Shown: positions 40,178 to 53,699, counted from the stretch's first letter. The stretch: DNA of 64,000 nt from Ramazzottius varieornatus (GCA_001949185.1 BDGG01000002.1:5446448-5510447), one strand, 5' to 3'. Notes: generated from the sequence alone by a model not told the origin. A program made the numbers and translations.

Positions 40178-43009
40178 ATGTGGGTCAGGACAACGCTGTA
40201 TGGCCGGCGGGCTTTACCGTGCTGCACTTTTCGAAGTGTTCACCTGTTCTCCATCCACCGCACCGAGGAGCAACTCTGCAGTAGACAGCTACTGGACCGA
40301 GATCTCTCTGTACATGTTTCCCTGCTCAACCGAACCTGGCTCCGTACCACCTCCACGGTATGGCATGTCAACAAGACCACGTTACTTGTACCTGCAGATG
40401 TCACCAGTGCGTGTGTTTTTAGAGAACGAACCATGATCGGTCAACATCATCGCCGCCGCCAGCATCAAGATCGAGTTTACTTCTTGCCAGGGTGTTTTCG
40501 ACCTCCCAGCACCAGTTTGCCAAACCATCAGACTCCCGGCTACAACATGTAGGACATGCACCTCCACCAGAAACCGACATGGACTTGGGCAAGCTATCAA
40601 AGAAGACTACGGGCTGGGAGATTGTCAAGAAGATGCTGGAGTATGTCTGGCCGGCAGAAAGCAATGCCATGAAAGTCCGCGTGGTTTTCGCCATGGCTCT
40701 TCTATTAGGCTCCAAAGTACGGCTTTCGCCGCATAGAGTTTTCAGATACTGTGCCAAGACCATTATGTGTTTGCTTTTCAGGGTGTGAATATTTTCGTCC
40801 CTTACATCTTCAAGCACGGTGTGGACTTTCTCAACCAACACAGCGGCGAAGTCCTTACACTAACTGCCGAGAACCCCGGAATGAATGCCGCAACTTACGT
40901 GGCCATAGTCTTTCTCGGATATGGCGCGGCTAGAGCCTCCGCTGCACTGTTTAGTGAACTTCGAAATGCAGTTTTCGCCAAGGTTGCCCAGTCGTCCATA
41001 AGGAAAATAGCAGTCAGTACGTTCCAGCACTTGCATTCGCTGGACATGCGGTTCCATCTCGGTCGCCAGACTGGAGGACTGTCCAAAGCAATCGATCGTG
41101 GAACTAGAGGCATCAATTTTGTCCTGAGTGCTTTGGTCTTCAACGTGTTTCCGACCTTATTGGAAGTTATGCTCGTAGCCAGTGTTATGGTACGATTCTT
41201 CCACCCTTAAGATGAGCAATGCATTCCTTCAACGCAAGCAGACGCGACAAGATTGTTCATCCAAGTGGCGCACTTTTTAAGTGTTTTCGGCTGTAAGCGT
41301 ACGCCACTTAGACAAATAATCCTGTCGAACTTGTTTGCTGACCTCCCAATTTATGGACATATCTTTTTTGTCCGAACATAAATGTTATTTGTTCTGCAGG
41401 GTTACCAGTTTGGGACGCCGTATGCTTTGGTAACGCTAGCATGCATCGGAACCTACACTACCTACACATTGCTCGTTACGCAGTGGAGGACGAAGTTCCG
41501 CGTGGAAATGAACAAGGCAGATAACGAAGCCGGCTCGAAAGCCATTGATAGTCTGATCAACTACGAAAGCGTAAAGTATTTCGGAAACGAGCAGCATGAG
41601 ATCGACCAGTACGATGAGCACCTGAGAAAGTTTGAGAAGGCGTCACTCCAGACAAACACTAGCCTGGCAAGCTTGAACTTCGGTCAGAACCTGATCTTCA
41701 GTGTGGCTTTATCGTCGGTCATGATCATGGCTGGCCAGGACATTCTGAAAGGTAAGTCGAGACAAACCCAGTGTAACTTTTCGCAGGTTGGTTGGTCTCA
41801 TTTGAAATTCTATTGTAGGAAATTTAACGGTAGGGGATTTGGTGATGGTCAACGGTCTGCTGATGCAGCTGTCGCTTCCGCTGAACTTCCTGGGAACCGT
41901 TTATCGGGAAATTCGTCAGTCTCTTATCGACATGCAGACAATGTTCGATCTTATGAACGTCAACGCTGGAATACGTGTAAACATGCTAGGCATTTGGTGT
42001 ACCTGAATGGTAATCATGTTTTACAGTGTTTGGGTTACAGGATAAGCCCGACTCAATAAACCTGATGCTGACGCCATCGACATCTACTGTGACTTTCGAG
42101 AACGTCAGATTCGGTTACTCGGATGAGTACCCCATCCTGAACGATCTTTCCTTCCATGTGCCCGCCGGAAAGAAGGTCGCTCTGGTGGGCGGAAGTGGTT
42201 CTGGCAAGTCCACGATCATTCGCCTGCTGTACCGCTTCTTCGATCCATGGAGCGGACGGATACTAGTTGGTGGTCAAGACATAACTGACATCTCGTTAAG
42301 AAGTCTACGTGCATCTATAGGTAAATTCAGAAAATTTTTTTGTTTACTTCGCATTAGAGTGTCCGAAAATCGTCTATCATGTTGTGTGTGTTTTTCAGGT
42401 GTGGTTCCGCAAGATGCCGTTCTGTTCCATAACAGCATATACTACAACATCTTATACGGTCGACTATCCGCACAACCAGAAGAAGTCTATGATGCCGCGA
42501 GAATGGCCGAAATTGATGCTTCCATCCAGAAGTGGCCTGCAAAGTATGATACGCAAGTGGGCGAGAGAGGGCTCAAGCTCTCCGGAGGGGAAAAACAACG
42601 TGTGGCGATTGCGCGAGCCATCATGAAAAACCCTTTGATACTGGTCTTCGATGAAGCTACATCCTCTCTCGACTCCATTACTGAACAGGTAAGCGCTTTA
42701 AACTCGATGAAAAATCAGGGTTGCTTTCACGCTGGATATGTTCTCTCGTCTCAGAAAATTATGAGAGCGCTCGCGCGGGCAACTGAGAACCGCACTTCCA
42801 TATGCATAGCACATCGACTGTCGACGGTGGTGGACGCTGATGAAATTCTCGTACTGGAGAACGGAAAGGTGGTGGAACGAGGAACCCATTACTCTTTGCT
42901 GCGACGCCCAAGTAGTCTGTACAGGCATCTGTGGCAGGACCAAAACGCACCGCCGGAAGTTCGGCCAGACACTGATCAACCCCCAAATGACGAGAGCGAA
43001 TCCTCATAG
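40178..43009 (+). CDS. ABCB7: Mitochondrial ABC transporter ABCB7/Atm1 (Fe-S export)
   Basis: LEYVWP...KVRV; [12 protein letters not shown]; [21 protein letters not shown]; [12 protein letters not shown]; Walker [10 protein letters not shown]; [20 protein letters not shown]; DEATSSLD; IAHRLST. Confidence 0.97.
41234..41346. repeat. Palindromic element family A, copy 7 (ABCB7 intron 41190-41399)
   Basis: GCAAGCAGACGCGACAAGATTGTTCATCCAAGTGGCGCAC - 25 nt - GTACGCCACTTAGACAAATAATCCTGTCGAACTTGTTTGCTGACCTCC. Confidence 0.9.
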
Positions 43010-43788
43010 ACTGATGAGTTCACTTCCTGTATATTATCTGTGACAGATGATTTTTTATCCAAGTGTGTATCTTTGATTCTGACTTCTCCAATCAACTTCC
43101 TTTTGGTTACGTTTTCCGAAAATTTTATGTTGATTCTGATGGTTTTTATCCGGTACTATCTTATCGTCTTGTAAGTTCTCTGCATAGCGTTAGCGCACAG
43201 CAGTTTCCCTGATTTGCTGAGCTGCCATGAACTTTTTTATTATACTTACCAATCAGCTTTTAAACGATATTTTCTATCTACATTTCTCTACGGTCGCCGT
43301 ATAATGTAATGTAATGTCGCCGTGTAATGTCGTTTCGATATCTGGCGCAGACTTTAGACGGCTGAATGCAAAATACGAAATAGATCCGATGAAGCAGGAA
43401 GGTCAGCAAAGAGGTCGGAAAGTTATGGCACACTGCTTGCATCCCTTCATAAGACAGCTTCCGACTCCCTTTGTTCGGGATCGGATAAGGCGGACACTGC
43501 TGTCGGACCAGCGTAGGTACTTTTATCCAGTGAATCAAAGTACCATCGCACAGAATCGCCACTTGTACGCCACGCTGGAGTTGGCTGATTGTTGATTGCA
43601 CTGTAGCCGAAATTTCATCTGTGTTTTGATTTTGTTTCTTTCAGTTTCGTTCTTTGGTGCTGTTCTAGCGATCTCGCTCGTTGGACCGTGTCGACTTTAA
43701 CTGGCTGTTGCTTCCAGCTTTTTCTACGAGAGCCGAAGGTGGACTGGCTGTCATCTACTCCGTCAGTAGCCATATCTCGCACAACGTG

Positions 43789-45829
43789 ATGGAAGACAAG
43801 CCGAAGCTGCAGCGTGCAGTTTGCCAAGTGGATGATGTTAGCGACAGATTCCGGCTGGACTCCGCGCGGAACTTCCGGCCACAGTATGCCAACATTTACT
43901 TCCAGCGTTTAGCAGTCATGAGAGATCGAGTGGAAAGTGCAGCGCAGAAACGGTGGGGTAAGTTGCCTTATTCAAGTTCTACCGCCGTTCGATAGCGCTT
44001 GCATTAGGACCGGAAGTGACTCTGGCCCATATGTGTTAGGATCAAACCTGCCTTTGAAGAAGTTGAGTGATCTGGAACCAAACGAGCTGGGCATCTTGGT
44101 GGGAACACTGTACAAAGAAATGGAGATGAAGCCCAGCATACTTAAAGAGATCAGCGAGGATACCGAAGTGCCGGTCCAGCCTATCCTCCCTCGGTACACA
44201 CAAGACAACGACACCTTGCTCCTGGAGGAAGAGTCTCAAAGAATAGTGCTAGTGGGAAATATCGATATGCACCAGTTGGTCACGGGTATAACCATTGCGT
44301 TGTTGGGCTATGAAGACGATGAAGGCAAATTTCAGGTCAAAGAGTACGGTTTCGCTGACATTCCTCCCCAAGCGAAACGTCCCATACCGGAAGCAGACTG
44401 GTATGGTACAGACTGTACTTGCTTATCGCATTCTAGGGATGATGCATTATCAAAACTGTGCGAGCAGCCGGAGCAGACATGTTTATATGTGATGACACGA
44501 AGAAATTTCTGGGAAGACGTTCTGATTGCAGTTACATTGGGTTCATTTCCGGTCTGGGTCTCGGACCAGCCTCAGCGCCTGTCTTCGCTCTGGACATGTG
44601 TATCGAAATGCTGACCGGTCAGCTTGGCACCGAGGAGGAACAGAGGAAAATGTCGCAGATTGGCGCGTTGGTCATTGCTGGAAGCTTGATTATCGTGGCC
44701 GAAGATGACCGGAGAGAACATGCAAAGAAGGTACCACGACAAGCTGTTTATCTAGTTCATCCTCCCGCCACGCCTTCTATTCTTTTTTGTTCTACCGGTG
44801 GCTTTTTCTAGGCGAAATACTTGGCTCGAAACGCCACTGTGGGAAGCATCGAAGGAATGCTGGCTGTGGATGAGATGTTGTCACAGATAGCGGTAAGTCA
44901 GCCGTCGACTGCTGCTACACCGGTTGCCGGACAGATGGCGAGAATCTTAAGCAGTGGGGATAAATTGATGTTCTGATGATCGCGTAGGCTTGTATGGACG
45001 TTTACGTGATGCCCGGAGCCAATGATCCCGGAAACTACATGCTTCCACAACGAGCTCTCCATTACTGCATGTTTCCCATGTCGAACAAGTCTAGTGGGCT
45101 GCATTTAGTCACGAACCCTTTCGAAGCGGATTTCAACGGTATAAGGTGAACTAAATGGTTGAACCACATTCGAAGATACGTGGTGGTTTAAAACAATTCG
45201 TTTTGGTTTTAGAATACTGGGAACTTCCGGCCAGAACATTAGCGACATATACCGCAACAGCCGAATCGAAGACCCGCTCGTGATGATGGGAAAGACAGTG
45301 CAATGGACCCACTTGGCTCCCACTGCACCAGATACTCTAGGTACGTACTCGTAAAGATTAATACTTATTCCGGTCTCCGTAAAAATGACTTTCGGCCTGT
45401 CTTTACTGTCATCAGATCGTCAATTGCCTTATGATGTTCAGTATTAATTTTCTTGTTTTGTGTAGCTTGCGTGCCGTTCCTGGATCGCGACCCATTCATC
45501 CTAGACGACACACCGCATGTGTATTTCGCCGGGAACCAAGCTTCTGCTGGGCATCGCTGGTTCAAAGGTATCTCACTGGAAAGCAGTATCCAAATTCTTT
45601 GTTAACTTATCTGCCAAAGCGAGTGTAGTAACTACCAGATGGATGGAGAGCTGGAAACCATTGTGCTGTGGAATGACGTGGTACACGTGTATTTTCAGGT
45701 AATGAGGGACAACGGATTCTTCTGGTCTCCATACCCGAATATCATCGCACTCCGGTACTAACATTGCTGAACCTGAGAAGTATGAAGGTGGAAACGATGA
45801 GCTTCGAGGATGCTATTCAGAACAAGTGA
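43789..45829 (+). CDS. POLD2: DNA polymerase delta subunit 2 (B subunit)
   Basis: FRPQYANIYFQRL; GTLYKEMEMKPSILKEISE; LLLEEESQRI; VMPGANDPGNYMLPQ; VTNPF; GTSGQNISDI; HLAPTAPDTL; DPFIL...PHVYFAGNQ. Confidence 0.96.
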
Positions 45830-46739
45830 AGCCGGCAGCCTCAGAGCCTTTCTTGGATCGATGAATTTAGCAGTATTAAAAACGATGAGCTTTAAGGATT
45901 ATAATGGTCCGTTGTTACGAGTCTGATGCGCACAGTAGACTCGAACGCGTACTGCATTTTTCGGTCGTAGTGGATATGAGGGTTTTTCCTGTTTTTTCTT
46001 TAAGTGGGTTCCGTACGGACTCAAAATTGTATTAATCGTTCGTGTCTGAGGTTTGACACAAACTGAAGCATGCTCGATGAAGATTCGTTAACTTAAGCAT
46101 GTCATAGTGAGCCATCAAGGCAAAATTGACAAGCTTGGTTTCGGTCGACCTAATGGGCTCTAAGCAGAGAACGAGCTTTTTGTTCTAGTCGAATCGATCC
46201 TGTCAATCAGTATTATTCTGACAGCCAAAATTCTGTTCAAGTTTATTCACTTCCATCCGGAAAATATCGCCCGTCTGCTGTGGAACTGGAGCTTGAGTGC
46301 TACTTCACACGACTGAAATAACTATCAATGCTTGGACCGAAGACCCGTTGAAACAGGTTGTCCTCCGATCTGCAAACGGGTGCTTTTGGAGAACAAGGAA
46401 CGGCGAGAAGGACAAGAAAGACTTGCGGGACTGGTCCTAAATAACATATTGTGATTAGCCTGATTTACGATGTGAAGTGCGTGCTCGGATCAGCATAACA
46501 AATAGCTGGCGTTTACCTTTCTTTGTCCCGTTCCTTCCGGTTGTTGATCACCTCCCGTTCGCTGTTCCGTACAAACTGCCACATGCAGTATTCCGGGAGC
46601 TCCCGCCCTGTGTCAACAGCAGCTAATCGCTTTTCTTCTAGCAAGAGCCGAGATTGAACACTGCTTGGGCTCTTCGAGCTCCCTCGTGTTCGTTCAAGTC
46701 CTTCGTGTGCCATTACTCCCAGTGAAGCCTTCGCAGTTT

Positions 46740-48269
46740 ATGTCCGAACCAAGTTTCTCGTTGATCCAGATGGCCAACGCCCGGGAAGCTCTGATCGTCG
46801 CCGACAGTTCTGAGATCTTCCGAAACGTTCGGTACAACCTGGTTCCTTGCGCATTTCATATTGCAACATTGTGCCTTATCTGGATAACCGTTGTCTGCTT
46901 GAACATACTGACCTTGGCAGCCTTTTATCGCAAGAAGTCATCGAGAAGCAATAACCATCGGTTCCTGATCAGCCTGACCGTCAACAATCTGCTCGGCGTG
47001 CTAATTATCCTACCTTTTTCCGTCCTGGAAATTCTGGAGGTAGTCTTCAGTACTCCAGAAGCTGTTCTGATGTGCAAAATTATCCTTGTTCTGTTCAGAT
47101 ATCTGGCCGGTGTGGCAGTCTTGAATATTGTTTTAATTGGCTATGACCGTTTCCTGGCTTGCGTCAGGAACCCACTGCTCTATGGGCGTACCATGAACTA
47201 TCGGCGGTCTCTGCTATGCATTGGAGCATCTTGGGTAATTCCGGCATTACTCCTAATTCCGGCGATATTTAAAGACTTCGGGGAGGGTTCCCTGTCTCCA
47301 CCACCACTGAGAGGGTTTTTGGTCTGGTCGAGGAACCCATCGTCCCAGTCAAGCGCCATACTGGTCACCGTGGGAAACTTTGCGCTACCTTTCTTGGCTC
47401 TTCTGGCCATCTATGCCAAGGTCTTTACGGCCGCAAAGAACAACACACCTCATTACACCCAGAAGTCTATCGTGTACAAGTTCAAGAACCATTTAGGAGC
47501 TCGAACCAGCATTAATATTGGTGTGAACAAATTAAGTCCTTCCAGCCAGAACAACGTGCTCTACCCTCGCCAGAACTCCGCTTCCTCCTTACAGTCGTTC
47601 CTGATGGGCCAAGAAAAGCGGAAGACATTGCACGTGATCATCCTGATTCTATTATTTTTCGTGCTATGTTATTCACCTGCCTATGCAGAAGCCATCATAT
47701 CGGCTTTTTGGAACACCACCGACCAAGTAGTCGATCAACGGTTCCTCCATTCGGTGGCGCAGCTTGCTTACTTTATGGGAGCAGTCATCAACCCAGTCAT
47801 CTACGTTCTATGTAACTCGAGTCTTCGCCAAGACATTCGCCGGTGTTTCATGCGGCAAGCAGAAATTCGCCGACAGACTTCGCTGCACCTGCAAGGTTCC
47901 TTCCGTAGCCAATGTATATGGCAGTCAACATCGGATAAGGCATTGACACGCCACTCCATCTGTCCTGATTTCCACTCGCAGCGGAAATCCTGCGCTGCCA
48001 TCCCACACGTAAATATTCCTATCATTACCTGCACCTCCCCTAACCTCTCAGGAGGTCCACCGGATGAGAATGACATCTTCTTTCCGGCAACAGACCTGCC
48101 CATCGACAACACGCGCTGGTCCATCGACTTGCCAGACGAAGAAGAACCCAACCCAGTAAACTCAACCGCAGCATCCAGACGCAGTTCTTTCCGGAGTCGC
48201 AAGTCCGTATCTTTCGCTGAGGACAATCCTGCCGAAAGAACAACAGTGAACAATGTCAGCGCTGAATGA
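46740..48269 (+). CDS. Intronless rhodopsin-family (class A) GPCR
   Basis: Seven hydrophobic segments; TM1 N; FLISLTVNNLL; GYDRFLA; SWVIP; FALPF; LCYSP; INPVIY. First ATG at 46740. Confidence 0.9.
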   Translation: MSEPSFSLIQMANAREALIVADSSEIFRNVRYNLVPCAFHIATLCLIWITVVCLNILTLAAFYRKKSSRSNNHRFLISLTVNNLLGVLIILPFSVLEILEVVFSTPEAVLMCKIILVLFRYLAGVAVLNIVLIGYDRFLACVRNPLLYGRTMNYRRSLLCIGASWVIPALLLIPAIFKDFGEGSLSPPPLRGFLVWSRNPSSQSSAILVTVGNFALPFLALLAIYAKVFTAAKNNTPHYTQKSIVYKFKNHLGARTSINIGVNKLSPSSQNNVLYPRQNSASSLQSFLMGQEKRKTLHVIILILLFFVLCYSPAYAEAIISAFWNTTDQVVDQRFLHSVAQLAYFMGAVINPVIYVLCNSSLRQDIRRCFMRQAEIRRQTSLHLQGSFRSQCIWQSTSDKALTRHSICPDFHSQRKSCAAIPHVNIPIITCTSPNLSGGPPDENDIFFPATDLPIDNTRWSIDLPDEEEPNPVNSTAASRRSSFRSRKSVSFAEDNPAERTTVNNVSAE

Positions 48270-48680
48270 GCTAATTTCAGTTTTCGTTTGCCGTAGGATG
48301 TTATGGGAAGGAAAAGTTCGATGTATTTTCGACAGTATTGAATAAATTATTTTATTCCAGTTTTTTTCGCCGTGGAAAACTTATCCACAATCTCACCTGC
48401 CCGTGTAAAAAATATAAAAACACAAAGGCGGTTCCCGTCTACTGTATAATGCCCGCACAAGTAAGTAAACTGTCTTCCGGTTACGAACGTAGGTTACAGG
48501 TCTTCCGAGGTAAAAAAGAACAGAGGAAAAATGCCATTGTCGTAAAGAGCAAAAACTACCATCCGCAGAACGATGCGGAAGTTTGGTCCTGATATAAGAC
48601 AGCTACTACACAACAAAGGGATATTTCGGTCCACAAATGCACGTCATGACTAACACGTCTTCACCAGAGAATACTGCAGT

Positions 48681-51600
48681 TCACACGGTACATTTCCCGG
48701 CATCAGCCACAGATTTTATCTTTGCCAGCCTCTTGACAAAGTTATCCATCTTCTTCAGGATTTCTTTTCCCTCGGCGAGCGTGTCTGGGATTTCAGCCTT
48801 CCGTAACTTTTGTTTCTGCAAATGAACAAGTGTTAAACTCCAGGACGTACCCACGATATATTCTAATACAAAGCAGAAATCCCTTCACCGAATTCACTGC
48901 AGAAAATGACCACACCGTTGTACTTACCTCCAAATCACCGTCTGCTTCAATCCAAGCCTTCAGTCGCACATAGAGAGGCACGATATTTTGCGTAAGCCAC
49001 GCCGGTGGTTCCTTCGCTTGCTCAAAGCAATCTTCCAGCTGGCCAACCATTTCGCTCAAAGCGAACCAGCACACCGTATAAAAGTGCGGGAAACGATATC
49101 GGTCTGGAGTTTGCAACTGATCCTCCATGTCCATTATTCTACAGTGCGATCAAGTCAGCAAATGCCTTACACCATAGAACGGAATATGAATGTATTCCTC
49201 GATACTGTCAATAAAAGGGCTTACGCTAACTGGTTCGGGACGGCGAGGTCGTGGAGGAAGTTCCCGCCGAAGACGAGGCTATCTTCTGGCGTGAAGACTG
49301 CGTGGATCCAACCACTCGGCATCAGTATGGTTTGTCCTTCCACCAGGTCCAGCCTATGGCAAGTTGTTTCGTCGCCCAAGAAACGCTCACTTTGGTGCGT
49401 CTCATCTTCCATCCAGGACTTGTACAGGGCCAAGTTTTCCGGCGTCGGCTCGATGAAGAAGAATGTCTTCTTGCCCTGTAAAAAGCTCCCATTATCTTCT
49501 GCAAAAATCCCAAACTTCTGAAACGGTCAAGCTATAATATTTGGTTCCGTTAAGATCGAGAATGGCCAAGAACTATGTCCAATATGCGTATAAATCGACG
49601 CGAAAGCATCACAGTATGTACCTTGAAGATATGGTACCATACGGAGGTACCGCCAAAGTCGATGTGGAAGTCTGTGTAGCTATCCTTAGCCGACATCAGA
49701 CAGTACTTCTGGACATCCGGTCTATCGTATGAGGCTTCTGGAAGGATGTCCTCGTTCTCGAAGAATCGATCCACCCAACTCAGCTCCTTCACAACCCTCG
49801 GTGGCTGCACCAGCTTACTGAGCCTGTAACCGAGATATAAAGTGAACTGATAGGAGCTCCTGATTTGGCCAGTCGAAACTGAATACAACGCAAAACAGCT
49901 GTGACAAGTTTCAAGGCGGTTGTGAAGACACTACTTACTCGGTTTTTGAAAACTCCAGACTGATGATGTTAAGCGTCACTTCTCGCTCCTCGGGAGGCTG
50001 CATCATGTAGCGAAGGTAGCTCTTCAACGTCAGCGGAACTCCATCTTCCTGGGTGGTCACATCGATCGCTAATACTTGGGTATTTTCACCTACAGACAAG
50101 AAAAATGCTGATATGATCCGCAAAATAAATTCGCAATGGAATAACATCAGCTGTAGGCTCGACAAACAGAAAGCATCAGATGGTTATCTATAGCTCAAGT
50201 GGCGCACGTTTCCGTGATTATTGGCTGGAAGTGCGCGTCGCTCAAAATGACCATCTCGTACGTTTTTTCGCCAGCTCAGAGTTATATATTCTTCGAAGTT
50301 ATCCAGATCAACACAACAAGATTACGGACTCACCGATTGTCTTAACGACATCGTCATACGTGAACGGGCGCTCCGGAATGATGAGATCGAGTCCAGCTCG
50401 ATCATCGATGAGGATGGGCTTGGTGAACCCGTTGTTGTGCATGTAGTCCAGATCGATCTCGCGGCCCGGTTTTCTTATCAGGACATCGACGATCCTGAAA
50501 ATTCAAACCTTTGCACAACACAGAACTACCCCGAAAATCTCGAAATAAAAGTGCCCTTACGGAGCCAAATTCTTCGTTGAAAGTTCTTCGAAAAACCTCT
50601 CCGTTCCACATTGAGTTGGCTTCTTGCTCGGTCGCGGCTCATAATAGTCATGTCGATGGTTATTCGTCCGCGGTTTCTCTGAAACACAAATACTTCGTGA
50701 TAAGCGACGATAATTCTCACCCAAAATCTCACAGAAATTCTGTAGTATTTTGCCAGAAAGTCATGTGCCGCATAGAAGGAACAGACTTACTCTGAGGCTT
50801 CTGTCCCTTTGCAATGCACTCCGTACAAAACCACCACACATATGCGTTAGACTGTTTCTCAGTGATGAAGGCACACCTGGAGAAGAAAGCGAAGGTTTCA
50901 CGACGAACATCAATTTATACTGCAGCTAGGACGCCAAGAATACTGGCCACTTACATCCCGTGGAACCACTCGTCACATTCATCGCACTGAATCATGAAAT
51001 CTTCGTCCAGATTGGGATCTTTCGGACAGTCCGACGCGATACATGTTGAAGAGTTGTTCGACTCTGGTTTCTTCTCGGCGCTTCTTCTCCCAGTCTTATG
51101 CCGTTCAGAAGCAGATGTGGGCGTCGGTGACTGCGAGCGTTCCTCCTCAGCCACAGGAGCTTTGATGTTGGGTAATGCCTCTTCAGCCGTCAGTGGAGTC
51201 TTTGGGTCCACCGCCACAGACTGCAGAGAGAGAGAATGCAGACATGGGTATCAGCTCCGTGAACTCAACAGAGGCTGTCGCAAAAGAATTAGGAGCTGCG
51301 CAAACCAAAGGCACAAGATAGCCATCTCAAGTGGCGCATGTTTTTTGTTGTTACTGGTGAAAGTGTGCGCGACTCAAGACATCCTTCTCGTACGTTTGGT
51401 TTGCCGAGCTCCCATCCACATTATTCCCAGACATTCTCTTACAGAGGTTGATCTCTTACTTTCTTCTTGTTTCCTGACGAGACCGACTCTGACGATCTCC
51501 GCTTCCGATCTTCGACCTTGTTTTCCAGTATAGGTGCGTTCTTCAGAGCAGGATTGTCGGTTACGACCTTGAATGTCTTGCTTTTATTCTACAAACAGAA

Positions 51601-51733
51601 ACGGGGCTGTAATTCCAGACAAAAGTCAGCAGATATAGTGGTGGTCTCAATTTACAGTCAGCCAGTCAGAACGTACCATGAAATGTTGTTGTTCTCGATC
51701 GGGCTTGTTCTTTCCCAATTTTTTGAGCCCCAT
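48681..51733 (-). CDS. PHD finger + JmjC histone demethylase, KDM7 (PHF8/PHF2/KDM7A) type
   Basis: [19 protein letters not shown]...WFCTEC; LNIISLEFS; [28 protein letters not shown]; [23 protein letters not shown]; [11 protein letters not shown]. Confidence 0.93.
50156..50277. repeat. Palindromic element family A, copy 8 (KDM7 intron 50090-50333)
   Basis: GGCTCGACAAACAGAAAGCATCAGATGGTTATCTATAGCTCAAGTGGCGCAC - 25 nt - GCGCGTCGCTCAAAATGACCATCTCGTACGTTTTTTCGCCAGCTC. Confidence 0.87.
51292..51412. repeat. Palindromic element family A, copy 9 (KDM7 intron 51221-51459)
   Basis: GGAGCTGCGCAAACCAAAGGCACAAGATAGCCATCTCAAGTGGCGCAT - 25 nt - GTGCGCGACTCAAGACATCCTTCTCGTACGTTTGGTTTGCCGAGCTCC. Confidence 0.9.
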
Positions 51734-52249
51734 GGCTCCGTCCGCGAGGGGAGGCTTCAGTCTTCCAAGCTTCTTATTCGGGTCCAACTTCGCTGTAACC
51801 TGTGAAAATATAATCGATTAGGCAACAGCGAGAAAAAAATATAGATATTGACATGGTAGGCGCTTTGAAAACGATCGAAGTCAACCCGACGGTTCTAATA
51901 TCTAGTCAGACTGTCAGAACTTCAGGAGTGAGTCACACCAGAAGACACAATCAAGTAGGAGGTAAACGACATAATTCGGGCATAGTGATTTTTCACTCGT
52001 AATTTGGGCATATTTGTTTCTCACCTCCTGCTGCGCGTAGTGAACTGCTTTTCGTTTCGTGAGGTAGATTGATCCCTTTTCTCGAGATTTCAATAGGTTT
52101 GAGAACGACAAAGCGTTGTGAATTAGGGGAATTTGGCCTGGGAGAGAGATGGGTCTGTCCAATGTTAAAAAGCCCAGTATCAACAGGCGTCCAATGAGAG
52201 ATGAATCAAGCGTTGACGATCATGTTCAAACTTTTCGCGTTGCCCGAAT

Positions 52250-52480
52250 TATGTCGTTCTTCGTAAAGACCATCGGACCATGGAGACCTAGTGCAACGAA
52301 GCTGCTTGAGGCGGTCGGAAGAAAGATGGCAAAAGTGACAGGCGAATCTAGATCCCTCTGTTTCTTTAAGCAAAGAGTGTCAACAGATATCCAGCGTGGA
52401 AATTCGTACTCTGTTCTCTCCACCGTAAAGGAAACCATGAGTCTTCGTGAGCTATTTTACGTTCTAGAGGTGAAGAAGGG
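52250..52480 (+). mobile_element. 5'-truncated 3' fragment of a non-LTR retrotransposon with a restriction-like endonuclease (CRE-like clade)
   Basis: FFVKTIGPWRPSATKLLEAVGRKMAKVTGESRSLCFFKQRVSTDIQRGNSYSVL matches the typical C-terminus (F.VET.G.W...QR.S..IQRGN) of these elements. No RT present. Confidence 0.8.
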
Positions 52481-53187
52481 AAAGTTTATCTATGTGTTGT
52501 TATTTTTTGTCCCGCTTTGCTCCCCACTTTTTGGGAACAGAATATTGTCTTAACAATTGAGAATCAAAGAATACACCCGTTCTAGCCCATGTTGCCGTTC
52601 GGTCCGAAAAGTAACTTTTCGACCACTCGTCTTTGCGCTTATCCCCTGAATCGCACCACACATATCCAAATCATACTTTACACCGAATACGAGGCAGAAC
52701 CTCTATCGAACCGCCCACAGAACGGTTTTGGACCTTTCGATTTGCGAAATGAGAAAAGTCACATGGGCTTTCCCATAACGAGGCAGCTGCTGTATGCCCA
52801 GCAACCTTCCCGACAGGAAATATTCCTCCAGTTCTGTCCCTGGCTCTCCGGAAAAGCAGTTCGTAAAACTAAGAGCACTGGTCACCTCGGTAAATCACTG
52901 CATCAATGCTCTTACCTCCACTTGATGCTCTAAAGCTAAAATTCTTTTGGTCTGCCACGGCTGATTTCCCTTTCCGATACAGAGATCAGTATCGAGCAGC
53001 GATCGGGAGGTATGTACCATCTTTTATCCGCCGCAGGAGCGCTATAAGGAACGGTGAGAACCTCGGCACGTGGACGACAGCCATGAGTCGGACACGTGAA
53101 TCTCTCAAAGATTTAACAGGCAATCTTGTATGAGTTTCCACAATGCATTAAATTCGTCGAGCCACAGTGACAGAAGGGTGCCGGGTA

Positions 53188-53445
53188 CAGTCCTACCTGT
53201 GAGATGTGACAGTTCAAACGCCCGAAATCAGTTCCGGACGGTTCATGTATGCACGCATTTGCTCGCCATGCTGTTCGCATGAGACCGATCAGCTGATGAG
53301 ACACGTGCTTGATCACTTGAGTAAGTCAAAAAACAACCGGACGCCGATCAGCTGATCGTGCTGCGCAGTGCATAGCCAGCAGTCTCGTGCAGAAACGCTG
53401 TTCGGATGCAGAAGAAGCAATTGTCATATCTCACAGGTAGGACTG
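53188..53445. mobile_element. Tc1/mariner (pogo-like) MITE, 258 bp, TA target duplication
   Basis: TA|CAGTCCTACCTGTGAGATGTGACA ... TGTCATATCTCACAGGTAGGACTG|TA (23/24). Two internal CCGATCAGCTGAT copies. Confidence 0.9.
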
Positions 53446-53699
53446 TACCTGAAAACTCAAAGCTGGGTTGGAAAGTCGAAGTAGATCGGTCACTTGGCCA
53501 TTTTGCAGGATTCGCGCTCAAACTCCCAACTGGTCTGACTTAAAAAATTGAAATTGAATCCAGTTCAATTTTGATTAAAGTGTGCGGACCATTGGTGCTA
53601 CACCTCCTTGTCCTTTCTTTTCGGCCAAGCTTCACACGGTTTACTCTGCTTCATATCCTTACGCATCATAGGTTCTCGCACTCGACACTGGGTGTTTTA

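Noticed and set aside
43278-43601. ORFs between ABCB7 and POLD2
   Set aside because: No motifs or clear splice structure; likely UTR/promoter sequence.
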